DNA of 64,000 nt from Escherichia phage vB_EcoM_G17: the sequence record MK327931.1. One strand, 5' to 3'. The notes under the pieces were generated by a model. That model ran no database searches and was not told the DNA's origin. It saw nothing but the letters and a program-made list of their open reading frames with translations. Shown here piece by piece: positions 46,635 to 61,709 of this stretch. Position numbers and translations under genes: made by a program. Within the stretch, counting starts at the first letter, position 1, and each line of letters begins with the position of its first letter.

Positions 46635-47460
46635 ATTTTTTACATTCTTCTTTAAACAATTTCATCATAGATTTCTTTTCATTATCTTGAAAACCATTAT
46701 TGTCAAGAAATGTCTCAAATGTTTTTTTATCATACTGCAATAGAACAATTTTGTACTCATCTTCATTCATTTGAGTAGATATAGTATCAGGTTGTGAGCT
46801 TTTAATTAACTCAAATAATTCGTTATTTGCCTTTTTGAAATTCTTAGAAAAGTTTAACCAGTTACGTGGCATTTCTTGTCCACCAATCATATCATGGACT
46901 GAACACATAAGCTGATATACTAATTCTGGATGTTCTTTCATATCCCAAAATCCATCATTAACCATATCATTTAGCATAATAAGTTGGTATTTGACAACTT
47001 CAGTATCTACTAATGAAACAATTTCTGAACCTGATACGCCAAATTCGACCATTGAGGATATTAATTTTTGTGCGTCATCTTTTGATTGGACTGCAAATTT
47101 AATACGCCAATCATAATCACTATGACAGTACTTAGTTACTGATGAAACATTTGTCCCTGAAGACTTTAATTCAGTAACTAGTTCAGTCAGTGCTTCTTTA
47201 CCACCAGATTTCCATTTTCCAAATACACTTTCAACTTTACTACTAGGGTAGGTTACTTGTAACGAATCATCTAAAGAGCTTACCCATCGCAAAACAGTAT
47301 ATGGAGTAAACTCTTTTCGTTCTTTTTCGGTCATGTCATTATAGTACTTATAATCAGCACGGTCAATGTGTTTTAGAAATTCAGCAATAGAAAAAGAATG
47401 CTGTGTTGGTTTTTCATCATCATCGACCGACTTATTTTTAATATCACTGAAATCAAACAC
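46615..47460 (-). CDS. hypothetical protein
   Basis: 281-aa ORF. Confidence 0.5.
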   Translation of the reverse strand: MFDFSDIKNKSVDDDEKPTQHSFSIAEFLKHIDRADYKYYNDMTEKERKEFTPYTVLRWVSSLDDSLQVTYPSSKVESVFGKWKSGGKEALTELVTELKSSGTNVSSVTKYCHSDYDWRIKFAVQSKDDAQKLISSMVEFGVSGSEIVSLVDTEVVKYQLIMLNDMVNDGFWDMKEHPELVYQLMCSVHDMIGGQEMPRNWLNFSKNFKKANNELFELIKSSQPDTISTQMNEDEYKIVLLQYDKKTFETFLDNNGFQDNEKKSMMKLFKEECKKYGKEIK

Positions 47461-47464
47461 TATT

Positions 47465-47962
47465 TTATACTCCTAGATACAAATCTTGAATTTTTTCGTT
47501 TTCATCTGCAAAGTACACACATGGTGGATTTTCACCACTATGTAGTGGGACGCATAGTAAATTCTTTTTAGGTAACATTGGTATCTGCCACTTTGTAGTT
47601 AATGCAAATACACGTAGTACTTTGACTGGTTCAAACTTAGGATACATTGAACGGATAGGATTGTAAACAAAAGCTTTTGGTTCTTTCATGTTAAGAATGT
47701 TTTCAATTGTACACATCTCAACCATACCAGTTTCTTCATCACCTAACATAATTTGCCATCCTAGAGGCACTTGAATAATCTTTTCACCAATTTGAAGATC
47801 AGCACTAATACTATTAAATGATACGGTGTTTAGAATATGTCTAAAATAAAAATCAGATTCACCATTTGGGCTTAGATCCAAAACACAATACATTTCTTCA
47901 GGGATATGTTCTGTTACTAAATCCATGTCAAAAGAATTATTTTCAGGTGTTAATACGTTCAT
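47465..47962 (-). CDS. hypothetical protein
   Basis: 165-aa ORF. Confidence 0.5.
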   Translation of the reverse strand: MNVLTPENNSFDMDLVTEHIPEEMYCVLDLSPNGESDFYFRHILNTVSFNSISADLQIGEKIIQVPLGWQIMLGDEETGMVEMCTIENILNMKEPKAFVYNPIRSMYPKFEPVKVLRVFALTTKWQIPMLPKKNLLCVPLHSGENPPCVYFADENEKIQDLYLGV

Positions 47963-47971
47963 GTCATCTCC

Positions 47972-48400
47972 TTAGTACTGCGAATCTTCTTCGTCATCAT
48001 AATATTCTTCATCATCTTGGTCTTCTACCCCATAAAATTCAAGTCCATAAGTTTCACACATCTCTTGAATTTTATCTACATCAGTATCCAGATATGAATC
48101 AAAATTACCACTTAGACTTACTACATCAATAAAAGTTTTCGTGTCAGTACTTGCATAGATGATATCATATTTCAATGATTCTACTTTAGAATCAATTCGT
48201 GTCTGTAATTCATAGATATTAATCCAAGAATCACTATCAATATTACATCTCCATACGTTAGTATCATCCGTTTCTAGCTCAGGTATATAGTCAAGAGAAG
48301 ATACCATGTCATCCATAATACCATCATCGTTCAACAATACATCCATAACTTCTAAAGTTTCTTGGTCACAAATAAAAGCAATACTAGATCTCAATTCCAT
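47972..48400 (-). CDS. hypothetical acidic protein
   Basis: 142-aa ORF, Asp/Glu-rich. Confidence 0.5.
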   Translation of the reverse strand: MELRSSIAFICDQETLEVMDVLLNDDGIMDDMVSSLDYIPELETDDTNVWRCNIDSDSWINIYELQTRIDSKVESLKYDIIYASTDTKTFIDVVSLSGNFDSYLDTDVDKIQEMCETYGLEFYGVEDQDDEEYYDDEEDSQY

Positions 48401-48434
48401 TTTATTTTACATCCTTGTTGTTGTCATATGACAC

Positions 48435-48467
48435 ATTATATCACAAACAGCGGGTTTATCCCGCTGT
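48435..48467 (-). promoter_or_regulatory. early promoter with extended -10 (TGTGATATAAT)
   Basis: minus-strand TGnTATAAT about 30 nt upstream of the start at 48400. Confidence 0.45.
48448..48466 (-). terminator. terminator hairpin at the end of uvsW
   Basis: stem cagcggg/cccgctg overlapping the uvsW stop. Confidence 0.4.
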
Positions 48468-49940
48468 GTTTTCCCAATCTTTAACATCTATTATACTATG
48501 AGGATATTGTGCTTCCTTATAGTAAGCTAAACGTTCTCGTAAATGCTTAGCACTATACTTATTAGAACCACTAATATCATATATTTCTACGTGGTCTTTA
48601 TCTTCTGCTCGGCGTAATCCACGTCCAATTGACTGTATAGTTCTTACAAAACTTTTTCCTGGCTCAATCAATACTACATTATATAACCTTGAAATACTAA
48701 TACCAGTACTGGCAACGCCGTATGTCGCAATAAGTATTTTATTATCAGCCCAACGAATTTCACCATAAGATGATTCTCGATCTTTCTTTTTAGTTTCTCC
48801 ACGAACGAATTCTGATTTGGGAATGCCTAAAAATTCACATAGCAACTCACCTGCTTCAAGTCTATCTACTAAAACTAAAGTGTTTCCTGATTCAGATAAC
48901 GCAGATATCAATGACGCTACATATGCCATCCTATCTCTGTCAGTTACTAAGTATTTCAACTCTTCAGCATATGATGCAAACTTCATACTACTTTTTAGTT
49001 TGATGCAATTCACATTACATGTACTTAGTATTTGTTTATCTTGTAATTCCTTTGCAGTTATTTTAAATATAACATCACCAACATTACATTTGATTTTCGC
49101 GGCAACTACCGGATCTTTAGGAATTGTTCCAGTAAGACCCCAACGTAATGGTACGTTATTCATAACTTTAGAAAGTACTTGAACTAATGCGTCACCGCCT
49201 GCACCTTGACACTCATCAACGATAACACAAACTACTCCATCGATAAAATCATTCACGTCTTGTTCAGTTAATTCAATTTCACCTTTCTTGGTTTTCTTCC
49301 ATAGAGAGTTAAATGATTGCCAAGTCGTAATAGTATGTTGGTGACCAAAATCTTTTTGTGAACCATAGAACATGCCAGTATCCAACCCACACATAATGTA
49401 GTCATCATATGTTTGTTGTACTAAGTCAGTACTTGGTACTATTATAACAGAACGTCCATACTCTTGCACTTTCTTTGACAATGCAGCAGTAATGAGAGTT
49501 TTACCTGCACCAGTAGCTGCCAATAGCAGTCCGTGTGGATTAGCCAAACATGCATTAACCGCATTAACTTGATGTTCACGTAGTTTTATGGATTTACCTT
49601 CCATGTGGTGTCCTGCACCGAATACAACATCACTAAAAATATCTTCATCAATGGGGTCAAATTTAAATCCATAATCTACCCTATGATCTACTAATTCAAT
49701 GTCAATCTTAGCTTCATCAAGAATAGGCAATAACTTATCTAACATATGATAATAAGTTGTTCCGCCTAAATTCATAAACTGAACTTTACCATCCCAACGT
49801 CCAATACGTCCTGCTGGTGTGAACTTTGCATATGGTAACACATATTCAGTTGCACGAATCATCTTTTGTCTAATTGAGGGATCAAGTCCCTCAAATTTAC
49901 AATTCACCTCATCCAATAAGGTTAACTTACAAGTTTTCAT
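48456..49940 (-). CDS. uvsW: UvsW-like SF2 helicase
   Basis: Walker A ATGAGKT, Walker B IVDECQ, helicase C-terminal motifs; 494 aa. Confidence 0.8.
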   Translation of the reverse strand: MKTCKLTLLDEVNCKFEGLDPSIRQKMIRATEYVLPYAKFTPAGRIGRWDGKVQFMNLGGTTYYHMLDKLLPILDEAKIDIELVDHRVDYGFKFDPIDEDIFSDVVFGAGHHMEGKSIKLREHQVNAVNACLANPHGLLLAATGAGKTLITAALSKKVQEYGRSVIIVPSTDLVQQTYDDYIMCGLDTGMFYGSQKDFGHQHTITTWQSFNSLWKKTKKGEIELTEQDVNDFIDGVVCVIVDECQGAGGDALVQVLSKVMNNVPLRWGLTGTIPKDPVVAAKIKCNVGDVIFKITAKELQDKQILSTCNVNCIKLKSSMKFASYAEELKYLVTDRDRMAYVASLISALSESGNTLVLVDRLEAGELLCEFLGIPKSEFVRGETKKKDRESSYGEIRWADNKILIATYGVASTGISISRLYNVVLIEPGKSFVRTIQSIGRGLRRAEDKDHVEIYDISGSNKYSAKHLRERLAYYKEAQYPHSIIDVKDWENTAG

Positions 49941-49955
49941 CCATGATTACCTTTA

Positions 49956-50774
49956 TTAATTAGTTCGAGTATTATATTCGTACTCAAATGTATATACTAA
50001 ATCTTTATCACAGTTAGGGTTACTTGCATCTAAAATGTCACTATTAGTAATCATCCATTCAATGTAATTCAATGGAACTGTACTCATTGGCTCACCTTTG
50101 TGTTTACCAAATGGCATGAATTGATAACGCATTGGTGTGTTGCAGAAAGTTACAATTTGCTCACCAATATCACCATTAGGTTCGATATGTCCACGTTCGA
50201 TTGCAATTTCAACTAATTTGATTAGAACCTGATAACACATAAACACATCGTCTTTTGCTGCGTGTGCATTAACAGGTCGATGAACATCACGATAACATCC
50301 AAACTTATACCACAAATAACTTAGAGTTAAGTTTTTAAATTCAATATCTTCTGCGAACATTTTCTTAGCAAGACGAAGGGTACAAATCCATTTATTTTCA
50401 TCAAGTAAGTACTGTGAAATTGAGTTACGATATTTATATTCGTTATCTACCATCATTCTACGGTCAAATTGTACATTATGACCAACAAAATACTTACGGC
50501 ATCCCATAAGTGCATCAATGTTATCTAAATCATCTTTATACCCAACACAATTAGCTACATCCTCAGTACTGATAAAGTGCACAGCAGATGCCTCTGGTGG
50601 AATATCTTTCAAGGGTTTGTATCTCAATGTATAGTTATCAATAGTATCAATGTTTTCATGTGAAGTATGTGGATACGAGATACTAAATTCAATAATATCA
50701 TCTTCACTCTCAACCCCAGTAGTTTCAGTATCTAGAACTGCTACATTTGATAAAAACTCATTTAATTTTGTCAT
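49956..50774 (-). CDS. DEDDh 3'-5' exonuclease (DnaQ/RNase T-like)
   Basis: LDTETTG (exo I), GHNVQFDRRM (exo II), HAAKDDVFMC (exo III). Confidence 0.7.
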   Translation of the reverse strand: MTKLNEFLSNVAVLDTETTGVESEDDIIEFSISYPHTSHENIDTIDNYTLRYKPLKDIPPEASAVHFISTEDVANCVGYKDDLDNIDALMGCRKYFVGHNVQFDRRMMVDNEYKYRNSISQYLLDENKWICTLRLAKKMFAEDIEFKNLTLSYLWYKFGCYRDVHRPVNAHAAKDDVFMCYQVLIKLVEIAIERGHIEPNGDIGEQIVTFCNTPMRYQFMPFGKHKGEPMSTVPLNYIEWMITNSDILDASNPNCDKDLVYTFEYEYNTRTN

Positions 50775-50821
50775 TTTATTCTCGCATAGAAAAAGGACGC
50801 GATATGCGTCCTTAATGATAA

Positions 50822-51283
50822 TTATTCTAAACGTGCATCCTCAATACCAGCGGCACGTAGTCTCACAATATTGTTTAACTGAAAAGCTTTCATCTCTAAG
50901 GATTTAACAATACTTGAATATGTATTTCTTATATAAGATACCTCGTTTATAAGTTCTGCTAACTCACAAACATCTTTATCACCTTCAACATACTTTTTAC
51001 AGTCAGATGAAGATAGTGCACGGCGGTATCCTTCGAGAAAGTATTTGAACTTCTCGGCTTGTACCTGACGCATTTCAATTTCTAACATTTCCAATACTGC
51101 TTCAAGTTCTTGAAGCTGGCTTAGACGCGTCTCATGCCAGCCAGGAATCTCTTGAGCAATTTTTTCAATGATGCCAATCTTCTTTACTTCACGACGAGCT
51201 TCTTCAACTTCGTTGTTAAAGAACTCAATCATTTCAATAATTTTAGATTTATCATCTTTGATAATCCAATGCCAAGGTTTCAT
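50822..51283 (-). CDS. uvsY: UvsY-like recombination mediator
   Basis: size, position next to uvsX, and C-terminal similarity to T4 UvsY (DKDV..., amphipathic C-terminal helix). Confidence 0.5.
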   Translation of the reverse strand: MKPWHWIIKDDKSKIIEMIEFFNNEVEEARREVKKIGIIEKIAQEIPGWHETRLSQLQELEAVLEMLEIEMRQVQAEKFKYFLEGYRRALSSSDCKKYVEGDKDVCELAELINEVSYIRNTYSSIVKSLEMKAFQLNNIVRLRAAGIEDARLE

Positions 51284-52401
51284 TATTCCTCACTAATATC
51301 CACATCAGTACCAAAAGTTTCATCACCTTTTTCTTCTTCTTTAACTTCTTCAATCAAAGGATGATTTTTAAATTGATGCATTACCAAATCAAGACATGAA
51401 TCTTCATTACGCATCCACTCTTTGCGATATTTTAGAATCTGTTCGCCAGTTACAATATCAACATACAATAGACGGTTACCTGATTTAGTGATTAGACCGT
51501 ATTTTTCAAACATATCTAGTAGACCACTACGTGGGTCCATACCTTTATCCCAAGGAATTTTAATTTCTACATCTTCGAACGGCTTGTTGTAACGAGTCTT
51601 CATGACTTTACATTTAGCACGAATACCATTTACTTCGGAAGTTTTATTTCCGTCTTCATCTTCTTTAAGTTTTAATTTACCCATTGCGATAACCATAGAT
51701 GAAGCATAAATCAAGCCACTACCACCTGAAACTTTAGGATCTGGGTTAAACATGTCCTGAGATTCATAACTGTGGTTAACGCAAACCATACCAATGTTCA
51801 ATGAACCAATAGAGTTTACACAGTTTGTGATATATGCTTTAAGCTGTTTGGGTTTATGACCCATGTCACCTTTAAGGTTACCCGCTTTCATTTGATCATT
51901 GGCTACTTCAGTGTTTAGCATACCAATTGAATCAATAATAAACAATACTTTTTGACGTTCATCTTTAGGTGTATTTTCGTATTCTTTACGATATCCTTCA
52001 ATGAACTCATAGGTGAATTTTGCAACGTCACCAATCATACCCATATTGACTTTCAAAAGTTTTTCTTCAGAAGTGTCAACACCAAGTGCTTGAAGCCAAT
52101 CTGAATCCAATGCGTTCTCTGAGTCAATCATAACAACAAAGATGCCTTGTTTTTGAGCTTCACGTGCAATATTACCAGATACGATAAAAGATTTACCACT
52201 ACCTGATTCACCAGCAAACATCGTTACTTTGCCTAGTGGGATACCACGGTCAAAATAGCCACTGATGCGATAATTTAGTGCATAGTTACCAGTACTAACC
52301 CATGTATCTGGATCATGAAAACCAACACTAACACCAGTATTCTTTTTAACACTACCAGTACTGTTTTTAAGAATGTTCGCAAAACCACTTGTCATTTTCA
52401 T
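51283..52401 (-). CDS. uvsX: UvsX recombinase (RecA family)
   Basis: Walker A GESGSGKS, RecA core; 372 aa. Confidence 0.85.
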   Translation of the reverse strand: MKMTSGFANILKNSTGSVKKNTGVSVGFHDPDTWVSTGNYALNYRISGYFDRGIPLGKVTMFAGESGSGKSFIVSGNIAREAQKQGIFVVMIDSENALDSDWLQALGVDTSEEKLLKVNMGMIGDVAKFTYEFIEGYRKEYENTPKDERQKVLFIIDSIGMLNTEVANDQMKAGNLKGDMGHKPKQLKAYITNCVNSIGSLNIGMVCVNHSYESQDMFNPDPKVSGGSGLIYASSMVIAMGKLKLKEDEDGNKTSEVNGIRAKCKVMKTRYNKPFEDVEIKIPWDKGMDPRSGLLDMFEKYGLITKSGNRLLYVDIVTGEQILKYRKEWMRNEDSCLDLVMHQFKNHPLIEEVKEEEKGDETFGTDVDISEE

Positions 52402-52470
52402 AATTCGCTCCTTGAATTTTATGAAATAAAACGGGGCAAACTCCGTTGCCCCTTAACTTTTCAAAAACTA

Positions 52471-53523
52471 TTACTTACCTTGTTGTTTCAAACGAGCAAC
52501 TAGTGCAGATGCAGATAGTTGTTCTTTTGGTGCTTCAGGAGTGGTTGCTGCTGGGGTAGCGACTGGAGTTACTGGAGCAGCTTGTGGGGCTGGTGTAACT
52601 GGAGCAGTAGGTGCTACTGGTGCAGGTGCTGACTCTTGTTGTACTGGAGCAGGAGTTGGTTTTGATTCAGTAACAGTTCCAGAGTTAGGTTTTGGTACAC
52701 CTGCTGGACGATATGCAAATGCCCAACGTGCTGGATCATATGCTTCACCATTTACTGATGCTTCGAACATTTCTTCAATTGCTTTCAACTCTTCTGGAGT
52801 TGGTTGTTTTGGCATAAAATCATTTAGATTGTATAGGCCATATTTTTCAATTGCTGCTAGTTCTTCTTCGTTTAGTGGACGCTCAGACATGGAGAATTGA
52901 GACATGTCGTAGCTATTATAACCACCACCATTCTTAGTTTTAACAATACCAAAATCACGACCTTGAACGTAGTGAGTTGGAGACTCTTTGATGCCTGGGT
53001 TTAGCAGGATGGATTTAACTTTATCAAAGATATCTTTGTTAGCCAGAATACGACGAATTGGATTTTCTGGTGCAATGTCGTCTTTTACTGCAACGCTATC
53101 AGGAGCAATAAAACATTGCATTAGATAGGTTTTCTTCTTCCAGTAACGACCAGCCATTGCTTTTAGTTCTTCGTTCCCTGTTTCATTCGCACTTTGGAAC
53201 CATTGACGTACTTCTTTCAGAACCGGACAGGATTTAGGAACCCACATTTCGTTACAAGGTACTTGAACGGTAACTTTATCAGTGTGCATACCGACTACAC
53301 CATTGAAAGTTAGGTTAATCATGTCACGTTCACGCCAGAAGAATGGGTTAGACTCATCTGCATCTGGTAGAAAACGTAGGTTTAGTGGTTCGTTATAAGG
53401 TACGTTCCAGAAAGCTAAGAACGAATCAGCTTTACGCTCGCCAGTAAATGTACCATTCTTTTGAGCTTCTGCTTTTTCTTGTTCTGCTTTTAGGTGTGCA
53501 CGAATTTCAGCTAGAGATTTCAT
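52471..53523 (-). CDS. 32: single-stranded DNA-binding protein (gp32-like)
   Basis: N-terminal LRFLPDADESNPFF block resembling T4 gp32 (IRFLPSKNDEQAPF); Pro/Thr/Ala-rich C-terminal linker. Confidence 0.6.
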   Translation of the reverse strand: MKSLAEIRAHLKAEQEKAEAQKNGTFTGERKADSFLAFWNVPYNEPLNLRFLPDADESNPFFWRERDMINLTFNGVVGMHTDKVTVQVPCNEMWVPKSCPVLKEVRQWFQSANETGNEELKAMAGRYWKKKTYLMQCFIAPDSVAVKDDIAPENPIRRILANKDIFDKVKSILLNPGIKESPTHYVQGRDFGIVKTKNGGGYNSYDMSQFSMSERPLNEEELAAIEKYGLYNLNDFMPKQPTPEELKAIEEMFEASVNGEAYDPARWAFAYRPAGVPKPNSGTVTESKPTPAPVQQESAPAPVAPTAPVTPAPQAAPVTPVATPAATTPEAPKEQLSASALVARLKQQGK

Positions 53524-53610
53524 ATATATCTTCCTTGATTTTGGGTTTCTTTGTTATTTGTTAATTGGCTTCAATGTTTCAGAAACTTCATTGTTCCTTC
53601 AACGTTTTAC

Positions 53611-53643
53611 ATTATAGCACAGGTTTTTATACTGTCCCATATT
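53611..53643 (-). promoter_or_regulatory. early promoter with extended -10 (TGTGCTATAAT), proximal to gp32
   Basis: minus-strand CTGTGCTATAAT; leaves an A-rich leader of about 85 nt. Confidence 0.5.
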
Positions 53644-53650
53644 TTTTTAA

Positions 53651-58908
<5,258 letters not shown>

Positions 58909-58917
58909 TCATTGATA

Positions 58918-58950
58918 ATTATAGCACATCTTGAATCACTTTCCCAGATT
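58918..58950 (-). promoter_or_regulatory. early promoter with extended -10 (TGTGCTATAAT)
   Basis: minus-strand GATGTGCTATAAT. Confidence 0.5.
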
Positions 58951-59015
58951 TGATAAATAATATCATAGAAATTCATTAAATATCTCAGTAAATTTAAATG
59001 CTAGTGATATTTTTT

Positions 59016-59023
59016 GATAAATA
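59016..59023 (+). promoter_or_regulatory. late-promoter-like box GATAAATA upstream of the plus-strand paralog pair
   Basis: 7/8 match to TATAAATA about 45 nt upstream of the ATG at 59070. Confidence 0.3.
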
Positions 59024-59069
59024 ACTTTAAGCAGGATATACCTGCACAAAATTTGACAAGGAGATTTTC

Positions 59070-59669
59070 ATGAGTCTTAATTCTTTTAACCGTAACTATG
59101 GTATGTCTAGCGTTGCTCGCGAATGGTGGGGTGGTAATAACGGTTTCGTTACCATCGTAATCGATCTACCAACTGATGTTGAACTAGGTACTACCAAAGT
59201 TACTTCTGACGGTTCTGATGTTCAAGCTGAAGCGTATCAAACTGCTCTAAGTAATGCTCAATATAACCTATTCATGGTTACCCAACTACTACAACAACGT
59301 GCAGTTCTAGTTACTACCTCTCTACTAGCTCTTGATTCAGAAGTTGTTATTCCTGCTGATTTCAAAAATGCTAATCCAAACGTAGTTGCATTCGGTACTA
59401 GTGGTGCTGATGTAGCAGGTGGTGCTAATTCTGTTGCATTGACTTTCATCTGTGAACGTCAAGACGTATTTAACAAGCAAGAAGTTCGTCCTGGTTCAGC
59501 ATGTCCTGCTCCAGTTGATCCAACTGTTGACCTAGCTAAGTCTATCGCTCAAGCTAAAGTTTTCCGTACCAAAACTTTCGTAAGTCAAGGTACTGATGGT
59601 GTTGGTGATGCAGGTGCATCTACTGCTGTAGCAATTAAAGTACGTGCTGCTCTTCCTGTTCAACTATAA
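59070..59669 (+). CDS. hypothetical protein, paralog 1 of plus-strand pair
   Basis: 199-aa ORF with AAGGAG Shine-Dalgarno; shares QQRAVLVTTS and ERQDVFNK blocks with the next gene. Confidence 0.55.
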   Translation: MSLNSFNRNYGMSSVAREWWGGNNGFVTIVIDLPTDVELGTTKVTSDGSDVQAEAYQTALSNAQYNLFMVTQLLQQRAVLVTTSLLALDSEVVIPADFKNANPNVVAFGTSGADVAGGANSVALTFICERQDVFNKQEVRPGSACPAPVDPTVDLAKSIAQAKVFRTKTFVSQGTDGVGDAGASTAVAIKVRAALPVQL

Positions 59670-59683
59670 TAGGAGGATAGATT

Positions 59684-60373
59684 ATGTCATATACTAATAC
59701 TTCTTTTGAACGTATCAATGGTTATTCCTTTGAACGTATTCTAGGTTACTTTTGTGGCACTAACGCCCTAGCATCCATTGCTATCAGTAAGCTAGGAAAC
59801 GTAAACGTTCTAGTTACTGGTGCAGTTTCTTCTTATGCTGGTCTACAACGTTTTCTAAACACTGATATTCCAGAAGAAATTCTAGCATATCTAAATGATA
59901 AAGGTATCAAACGTATTGATGGAACTGCATTTGTTCTTGGCACACTAGAAGCTGATTACAATGCATCTTATGCAGCACAAACTAACGTTAAACGTATTGT
60001 CGATGTTGTTCAACAACGTGCGGTTATCATCGCTACCTCTAACATCGCAGGTAATGGTCTTGAAGTATTTCCAGTTACTGGTTTCACCAACGCACCTGAT
60101 GGTGTATTGAGTGCAGGTTCAGTTAGTATTGCTGATGCTTCCGTTGTAACCTTCCTAGTTGAACGTGCTGGTGTCTTTAACAAAGATCTTAAATCACCAC
60201 AAGGTGTACCAAGTACTGAATCCGAAGAAGGCCGTCTACTAATTGATGATCTAACTGGTGTTCCGCTACTTGCTAAAGATGGTGTTACTGAAGTTTATCT
60301 ACGTTCCCAGTCTGCTGATGCAGCAGGGGATTTCGGTGTTAAACTTTTCCAATACATCCCAGCATTGGTTTAA
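59684..60373 (+). CDS. hypothetical protein, paralog 2 of plus-strand pair
   Basis: 229-aa ORF with AGGAGG Shine-Dalgarno; QQRAVIIATS and ERAGVFNK blocks. Confidence 0.55.
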   Translation: MSYTNTSFERINGYSFERILGYFCGTNALASIAISKLGNVNVLVTGAVSSYAGLQRFLNTDIPEEILAYLNDKGIKRIDGTAFVLGTLEADYNASYAAQTNVKRIVDVVQQRAVIIATSNIAGNGLEVFPVTGFTNAPDGVLSAGSVSIADASVVTFLVERAGVFNKDLKSPQGVPSTESEEGRLLIDDLTGVPLLAKDGVTEVYLRSQSADAAGDFGVKLFQYIPALV

Positions 60374-60384
60374 TATTTTACAAA

Positions 60385-60420
60385 AGAAAAGGAGAGCAAA
60401 TGCTCTCCTTTTTTTATTTT
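60385..60420. terminator. bidirectional rho-independent terminator
   Basis: ggagagca-aa-tgctctcc with A-run upstream and T-run downstream. Confidence 0.7.
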
Positions 60421-61157
60421 TATCTATATGAACGAAATCCTTCAGGTAAACCAGGTAGCTTGTCTAATCCTTCGTTCGCACTCACTAGCTTTGTGTCGTA
60501 ATCATCACTGAAATCATCCGTAGCAAGTTTACGCCCCAAGTCTCTAACAAAGTTATCTATGATTTCTTCTTCATCATTACCTGGATGACCTTCGGCTTTC
60601 AACTTTTTCCAGAAATATTCGTTATAGTCAAAAACAAACTCAACTTCATTTGTTTCAGGATCAAGAACCACATCCAAATCAATCCAAGGCTCTTTTCGAA
60701 GTGTATATATCTCCTTTGAATATTCACTTTGAGTGATTTCTTCATAACGATATGCAAATTCTATAGCCTTAAGCCTTTTTTCATCACCGTCTGGCATTAA
60801 CTCAATGATTTCCATATCATATTCTTTTTCAGTAATAGAACCAGTACTTAGTTTTGCATCAAGAACTTTAACATTATACTGTTCACGAGTAATTTTAGAA
60901 TATTTTAGTTCAACATCAAGTACAGTAATTAGATATTCCAAATCTCCAATTACGCTATATTTCTTTTTAATATCCAATTGGGCCAGTTCAACTTCATATG
61001 GAGTTAGATATGTCAATTCAGCAACTTTCATATCAGCTTCATAATCATCATTGTAGTAGTATGCTTTAGCTATCTCTTTTGCCTTTCCAGAAAGTCCCCA
61101 GTGAGCAGGGACCATCCAAAATGGAATAAATTTCTTTTTAGCCATTTTTCTTACCAA
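60420..61157 (-). CDS. hypothetical protein (in the late unit with the GroES-like gene)
   Basis: 245-aa ORF. Confidence 0.5.
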   Translation of the reverse strand: MVRKMAKKKFIPFWMVPAHWGLSGKAKEIAKAYYYNDDYEADMKVAELTYLTPYEVELAQLDIKKKYSVIGDLEYLITVLDVELKYSKITREQYNVKVLDAKLSTGSITEKEYDMEIIELMPDGDEKRLKAIEFAYRYEEITQSEYSKEIYTLRKEPWIDLDVVLDPETNEVEFVFDYNEYFWKKLKAEGHPGNDEEEIIDNFVRDLGRKLATDDFSDDYDTKLVSANEGLDKLPGLPEGFRSYR

Positions 61158-61437
61158 AAATCTCTTCGATTTTCATTACATAATATGTATCTTCACCACC
61201 ACCAAGATCTTCAGTCAGAGGTGTGTTCAAAGATGAACGACCAAACACAACCATATCACCTTCTTTAATATTATGTTCTGCAAGTTGTCCGTTCGGAAGA
61301 ATTTTACCTGGACCAACGGAAATTACCATCCCAATACATGGTGGTTCAACATTACCTAGAATAATACCACCAGTACTTTTATTCTGTGCTTCAATTTGTC
61401 GAACAAGAACGTAATCATTAATCATTTTAATTTTCAT
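61138..61437 (-). CDS. GroES-like co-chaperonin (gp31-like, Cpn10 family)
   Basis: MKIKMINDYVLVRQIEAQNKSTGGIIL ... GMVISVGPG ... EGDMVVFG; start taken at the internal ATG. Confidence 0.6.
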   Translation of the reverse strand: MKIKMINDYVLVRQIEAQNKSTGGIILGNVEPPCIGMVISVGPGKILPNGQLAEHNIKEGDMVVFGRSSLNTPLTEDLGGGEDTYYVMKIEEIFGKKNG

Positions 61438-61438
61438 A

Positions 61439-61645
61439 TTAGTAACCTCCAGTATTTGCAAACCATTTTCCACGGAAATAAAGATTAGCACCCTTATCAC
61501 CTGGAGTGAACACTTCCAACTTCATAGTTTTTTCACCATTACATTTAGGACAATCATGAGGTTCATCACGATTTGCAATTTTAACAATTTTTTCCATGCT
61601 ATGTTTGCATTCTTCTTTTTCACAACGATATGTATATAATGGCAT
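61439..61645 (-). CDS. FmdB-family zinc-ribbon protein
   Basis: MPLYTYRCEKEECKH ... CPKCNG pattern. Confidence 0.5.
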   Translation of the reverse strand: MPLYTYRCEKEECKHSMEKIVKIANRDEPHDCPKCNGEKTMKLEVFTPGDKGANLYFRGKWFANTGGY

Positions 61646-61680
61646 TTTGTATTCCTTTACTTTTTAAATCAAACTAATTT

Positions 61681-61699
61681 GGGGAACATAGTGTTCCCC
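61681..61699 (-). terminator. hairpin after gp45 / in the late leader (ggggaac-atagt-gttcccc)
   Basis: perfect 7-bp stem. Confidence 0.35.
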
Positions 61700-61701
61700 G
61701 T

Positions 61702-61709
61702 TATTTATA
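61702..61709 (-). promoter_or_regulatory. T4-type late promoter box TATAAATA
   Basis: exact TATAAATA on the minus strand, overlapping the gp45 stop, upstream of the zinc-ribbon/GroES-like genes. Confidence 0.5.

Noticed and set aside
52541-52900. 119-aa plus-strand ORF rich in Gly/Ala/Thr/Val
   Set aside because: Antisense to the low-complexity C-terminal repeat of the SSB gene; a reading-frame artefact of the repeat
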